A stretch of DNA of 64,000 nucleotides, from the NCBI GenBank assembly GCA_018302805.1, contig JAGVZD010000003.1, positions 6,538 through 70,537 on the forward strand, given 5' to 3'. The notes under the pieces are model-generated. The model saw only the letters and a list, made by a program, of their open reading frames with translations. It was not told the origin of the DNA and ran no database searches. The translations under genes and the position numbers were made by a program. This DNA comes from Candidatus Woesearchaeota archaeon. Lineage in GTDB: Archaea > Nanobdellota > Nanobdellia > SCGC-AAA011-G17 > JAGVZF01. Positions 63,101 through 64,000 of this stretch are shown here, in pieces (positions within the stretch are counted from its first letter, which is position 1; every line of letters starts with the position of its first letter).

Positions 63101-64000
63101 TCCCACATAACTTCATGGATCAACGGTAAGAATATTGCAACACGTACTACAAATTGTAATGTGGTTCAAATTGGTTGGACACCTATTGCAGAACAGCTAA
63201 ATTATCAATCAAATAATGAGTTTGCAAACTTTAATTTTGGCCCTCACAGAAAGTTAGATTATTTGTTCTATGAAATAAAAGGTGTTGATTTTGCTGACGA
63301 CACAATATATGAAACAGAGCCTGCAATTCAGGTTAATATTACTTCATTTGGAGAAAACGATCATTTAAGAAGACAATATGAGGAACAAATCAATATAACA
63401 TTCAAAAACAATGATGATAACCCAAGAAGTATTGATGTTCTTACATTTGATTTAATCTCAAATAATAAAGTAATTCATCTTCTTACAGACACTGATAAAA
63501 TTATATTTGCTCCAGGACAAATAACCACTAAATCTTACAAAGTTAGAATTCCAAGTGATGTTCCATTAAACTCTGAATTAAGAGTAACTGTAGAATATTT
63601 ATTTGGATTCCCAGATAAATTATGGCTCAGAAATAAAGAATTGAATAACAATGATTTCTTAAGTGAGAATACTACAGATTATTTCTATGGAGATACACTG
63701 CCAACAACAGAATCTAGCTTATACAGAAAACACTTTTTTGTTCCTCCTGACATTACAAGAGCTGAAATGATACTTGGAGACACATCATTTAATACTGAAG
63801 TATATCTTAATGGAGAATTCCAAGGAAAAGGATTTCCAGGATGGTCCCCAATGACAGTATCTGTTGGATTTAAAGAAAGTCAAAACAATTTGCTTTCTAT
63901 AAGTGGAGCAATTCCAGAGACAGAAACACAATTATACAGTGGAAGGTCTTTCACAGGTGGAAAAGTAACTAATGCTGAAGAAGATGTTTTCTTCACTGTT
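51179..64000 (+). CDS. giant adhesin (>4274 aa, runs off the window): 5 LamG, FN3-like, TSP3 repeats, Ig, CARDB, FG-GAP propellers, jelly-roll domains
   Basis: ATG 5 nt after the previous stop; MNLKTF...hydrophobic signal; manual translation stays in one frame to 64000; SWWPGDGN LamG starts, DNCP TSP3, DxDxDGDxD FG-GAP. Confidence 0.9.
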   Translation, partial: MNLKTFYQDKKGWIKRNPIFLLISLIIVIVTIILFVGFTKADGTCVAPPTGLVSWWPADGNTNDITDGNNGTLRGGTTFATGKVGQAFTLDGIDDYVEVADASNLDITNALTIDAWIYPQAIEAWDRVVYKGEGDSLNNVAYVLGLSANGGVYFGLFQGNSQLYINGGATTILINNWTHIAGTWNGSLMQIYVNGVQQTETQGLTGSINSVNAPLKIGIGASGGSPHAFFGLIDEPGVYNRALNQTEIQSIYDAGTAGKCKVQDTTPPAVLGEPNLTVTLNTATVKFTLNEPSNTTTIYGTISGGPYPNSVSNSYFSTQPYYTLTNLSSSTTYYYKTTFCDQNGNCFTSQELSFSTSILNCAAPPSNLVSWWPGNGISTDIVDGNHGTLMNGATYTTGLVNQAFRFDGVNDYVNINPDFLDGVCQGTIDLWFKRGPWTEGYTTLFTKSNGGSWVNNHIQISRDSTTDYIALTISNNAQSTQNNVRVGPINENIWYHIAMTWSGSNLKGYLNGVEQSSVATTICLPSDSTLVAIGKGAAGTNRYFNGSIDEIEIFNRALNLTEIQSIYNSGSSGICLPDADNDTIYDYSDRCPGTNQQDNTTFEIATGCKQSQVDSNLDGFCNPGINFSTVLCVFSCATPPSNIVSWWPGDGNADDIIDSNSGTLQGGASYSTGLINQAFSFSTNGYAITPSRPVSSLIANTFTIEFWANPGSVSDRPTFGFAGSGVSNSANPVASYDTGLNFGNGAGYQLMQALPNAAANAWTHYVIVDDGSNYRVYVNGVQQYSQAISVNPTSSSNRQFLFGQSGFSSGYEHYFNGKIDEFIIYNRSLNQTEVQSVYSSGLYGKCAPDADNDTIYDVIDNCPLVSNFNQSNSDSIQLGKYPNYSGWSDSRISTCGSQGIMGGYNIFGTGASTSKIFDLPSGTHTLNFTFVKIDSWDSEFARAYVNDIQVWNKQYTPTDGIQICGGGFNWYEIIDPISVQFNHSGGPLVLRFDSTIDGGPTDESWGLDNIRIVGDSFGDACDNCPNVGNQNQNSNVCTDSDNDAVLDSVDYCPSTSQSDTSLFEIATGCKQSQVDTNLDNICNEGLNFATTLCTFACSPILNGLVTLWPAEGTPTDVIDSNHGTIQNSVSYVTGKIGQAFSFSNNAYITTSTYFPTLLNNFSFTLWVKPASTQVTYADIFGNHADGYKGIVLQQDVSNTNSYSWAYGSGSAWLGVPPVPFTANTWQHIAVVKDTNYCYLYVNGVERSRGNCQAPVVPNPNLNFMIARGYTSDRAFNGAIDDFAVFNRTLSVSEIQTIYNSGSGGICKPDNDNDTVPNFQDKCSSTSQSDTSLFELATGCKQSQVDSDLDGICNHGLSFATSLCTASCSIAPTGIASWWPGDGNANDIVDNNTGILQGGATFATGFVNQSFSFDGSNDYIDTGYGRFSSIVDTFTIEFWAYPLATRTATSEATSGATGISGQRYAIFPEHGVYLGGGSNAGAGVSVGTNGISVFEHAANYMPSLLVYNAPISGWNHIAVVYTNKQPKLYLNGQLVRTGLTSTTVVHPGNDIGETGTTYGYYSGLIDEVAVYNRPLSSSEIGQIYGAQAAGKCKTQLPPSAVFLIPNASSSFNLNSTIRWSISDPDSELFTSNVFYNNGTQIVFIDQTASTNLFWDTSLLTEGLYSLLLNVSDGQNSISINSDQFKIDHTSPTITLISPRDNDIRYGGSLQFSFNASDNFDIVLSCSLVIDEQRNLAISAIRGVTTTLTVGNLSEGLHNWKVVCTDSAGLRSESNSNTFTMDNSVPSIEAVNFANTFTGEQVILTVNVTSVRQLSSVQATIPTVAQNGTQINSTISLSFDNNTLLFTGTFAAPPQPGTYISSISAANIIGGVAIQHVPFTILLGVDLVIEPESISILPLTPFTGSITSVTALVKNIGNRDAFNVNVSLSSLGQNLSSVKINVSANGTTTVVLPWDTKGFAGNVQISIRALGIFTESNSSNNIALKTFFVDGHDLSVTSISFIPASPVFSGETVGIIATIRNNINATADSIRVNFYEGTVDLDHLIGFSDIVSINGSTQKTSSINWQTAGLLGNRTIIVEVNPQNFPAEVERTNNRANTTFELTRFVAEQIPDLITFLKTPLLNETNQSIRGITSNDFTGDGKIDFAIVTNSGNLVLYENNITSVSEIGNKNIVVFNRNQIVNLGEFTQGLASADFQFDNFPDIIVGTLSGKVYLFRNTNGIIPQNGEVIFDAGDDVYGLTIGDVDNDNDFDIITGNRIGHVDFFINKGPNTLIFEFNKTITTRDQPYGLTTGDYDLDGHIDMMIGDRLGQLERIVFESNNYNGFLFADIGEFAHGLTTADIDYSGKLDLFALGFNGNINLYYSREGGLVAEPLIVGNKRESSGLSSGDYDRDNDIDLIVGSNTGEITYFENSLRIQKSFSPLASPPLRPIQIFTNFKNPYARQMINVTLQEKLSENLTFVQDSFRVDDLNSADLHFYDTSLDTPQSRYHFYLNLPSTVFVKRCSATGECGGAGSFIYSGTADIIGNSITISNVLDIFNHMQSIYLREGFSLEYIVKSMTPSPQISAKSQINYTLLGLFNTQPTSFLLSDDVSNLNDQLANSKNINPLPYKNDKAFAEALIRIPDFTPIDIIFRNQETIVPGETIIYDVVVQNLNNISINNVNITFFADGNRSLGSQLFNIGAYGTSIIRGPSFTSTFNTPSIKVIVNPGNTEFETNNINNEITEYIGTANATDLAIVNIISDKLIYQEGEQISFNVTVRNVGTEPNSFGSVEIKEHFRGDCGGVPDNLKLSCIVSNDTQIPPGGFCDHGMTSSNSNTGSINPGEEKSLLFNYRLGNYKARSQGNYFISAILGNINGRSSNIDSSLINNVKFTQEPIEVLPSPIDLQLDYDLPPFVCGLENLHPLSLSILNESTVQITYDQFNNGGQDINTPFDTLLYLDNNDSIPLARVTTSFIMNHSSKTEVKQFYLTNLTPGDHRIYLYLDYGQSQEQSTARAVSDQGFELTASIPGIVGEGETTTLLIAPINNGSSISLIRNEIEVRSAGFTLQVIPHSINYVIIKKNNNQPILTIGDLVEVITNGGLNSSNAPIDLSNFISIDATSANLTDMLHNKSYKLSIPGSLTESIESIRHKNYVDFRWKEIIASDLLINPSFAAPRDLVTISASISNDADFPSGEFTVKLVIDGIVQDQRLLSLGAGESQPVSFTYIIPTSAVLSHDIKIIADSENVILGEDESNNLVESSIAISADYELNILSRENGINKLSTFAFVDNNFVSQPIGYETVNMEYDAAPYFFDYDSDGDLDLLVGSLDGKIYSYENKGGSIFEETTWENLENVPQQIIINAQNQGNLVSRISTLDTGARSVPRFININGDNYPELVIGDAHGRLRMYQKLSLFVPGIGIRSLWNLTNLNILNNHNLKLTKVVPAFADLDADGDSDLILGDSSGLLRGFERTNQNNTLFSPIDWGLNGISSDGNSAPFLFDLNGDNDYDLIIGSHSDITIYENIGNASQPSWQLSATITNLTSNNTDFIPALAFAQGIKMVLGSNNPQQMDLRKGYFEPVGVQVINYAQNEMELNRISLFAKDRISGALITYLFQDGPFEKRLLNPRSFNCADPIDVIFSGYRIKAVDALEKEYKINIPSDLPSNVELSARADKVENVNPPYFYIYGEGGCGPTTYLGGVKGAPIYTLNPQLNLNTFDIFVNENEIYEMSGSYKVFINNTLVHEQICDADKFCPIFGLIPNQINTISGGGEIIRHSIEEKSLFDIVEATQPPLELRIENAFGLEIKPSYIEEIVVSLKNNNRRDFEIDRISLELINNDTIVDLFTDTNAFSITPNEKVFKSYNVLIPVGISPDSTLVARAIEKNSFADNQYSRNSISEILPEPIENDPLTIISDLSPNAIYNSSSVNPIIDEQVLGGYQYPYLVDYCNVCGTQRPFECTKANNNFLKKQSWISQTVYKAEYQLLMRQTCEPGCFDEKSHITSWINGKNIATRTTNCNVVQIGWTPIAEQLNYQSNNEFANFNFGPHRKLDYLFYEIKGVDFADDTIYETEPAIQVNITSFGENDHLRRQYEEQINITFKNNDDNPRSIDVLTFDLISNNKVIHLLTDTDKIIFAPGQITTKSYKVRIPSDVPLNSELRVTVEYLFGFPDKLWLRNKELNNNDFLSENTTDYFYGDTLPTTESSLYRKHFFVPPDITRAEMILGDTSFNTEVYLNGEFQGKGFPGWSPMTVSVGFKESQNNLLSISGAIPETETQLYSGRSFTGGKVTNAEEDVFFTV
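52906..54393 (+). repeat. exact intragenic DNA repeats in inter-LamG linkers
   Basis: 31 bp identical at 52906-52936 and 53719-53749; 29 bp identical at 52982-53010 and 54365-54393; diverged third linker near 55150-55270. Confidence 0.85.

Noticed and set aside
51199-63116. short ORFs listed in the track across this region
   Set aside because: Antisense or off-frame shadows of the giant ORF starting at 51179

Overview
AT-rich archaeal chromosome segment. The gene set (GatE, Bud32, SRP54/FtsY, translin, rpl21e-rpoF-DUF655, rps13-rps4-rps11, rpoD) and the many short leaderless-type genes fit a DPANN lineage, most likely Woesearchaeota/Pacearchaeota-like; this taxonomy is an inference. The first ~41 kb is housekeeping interspersed with accessory genes: MsrA/B, VapBC, a TrmB regulator divergent from a six-ORFan array with repeated ribosome-binding sequences, a lipoprotein lipase, PolX, an MTAP-APRT fusion, a frameshifted ftsY, and a LAGLIDADG-HTH gene splitting rps11 from rpoD. 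The last ~22 kb is a surface-protein locus: a SurA-type chaperone, a ~2800-aa secreted protein with an apparently intact N-acetylmuramoyl-L-alanine amidase (Amidase_3) domain, and a >4270-aa LamG/TSP3/CARDB/FG-GAP adhesin that the ORF track omits because it runs off the window. Best candidate new system: a giant adhesin plus peptidoglycan hydrolase apparatus that an archaeon could use against bacteria. No rRNA, tRNA, CRISPR array or transposase was recognised. Domain calls are by motif recognition only; no searches were run.
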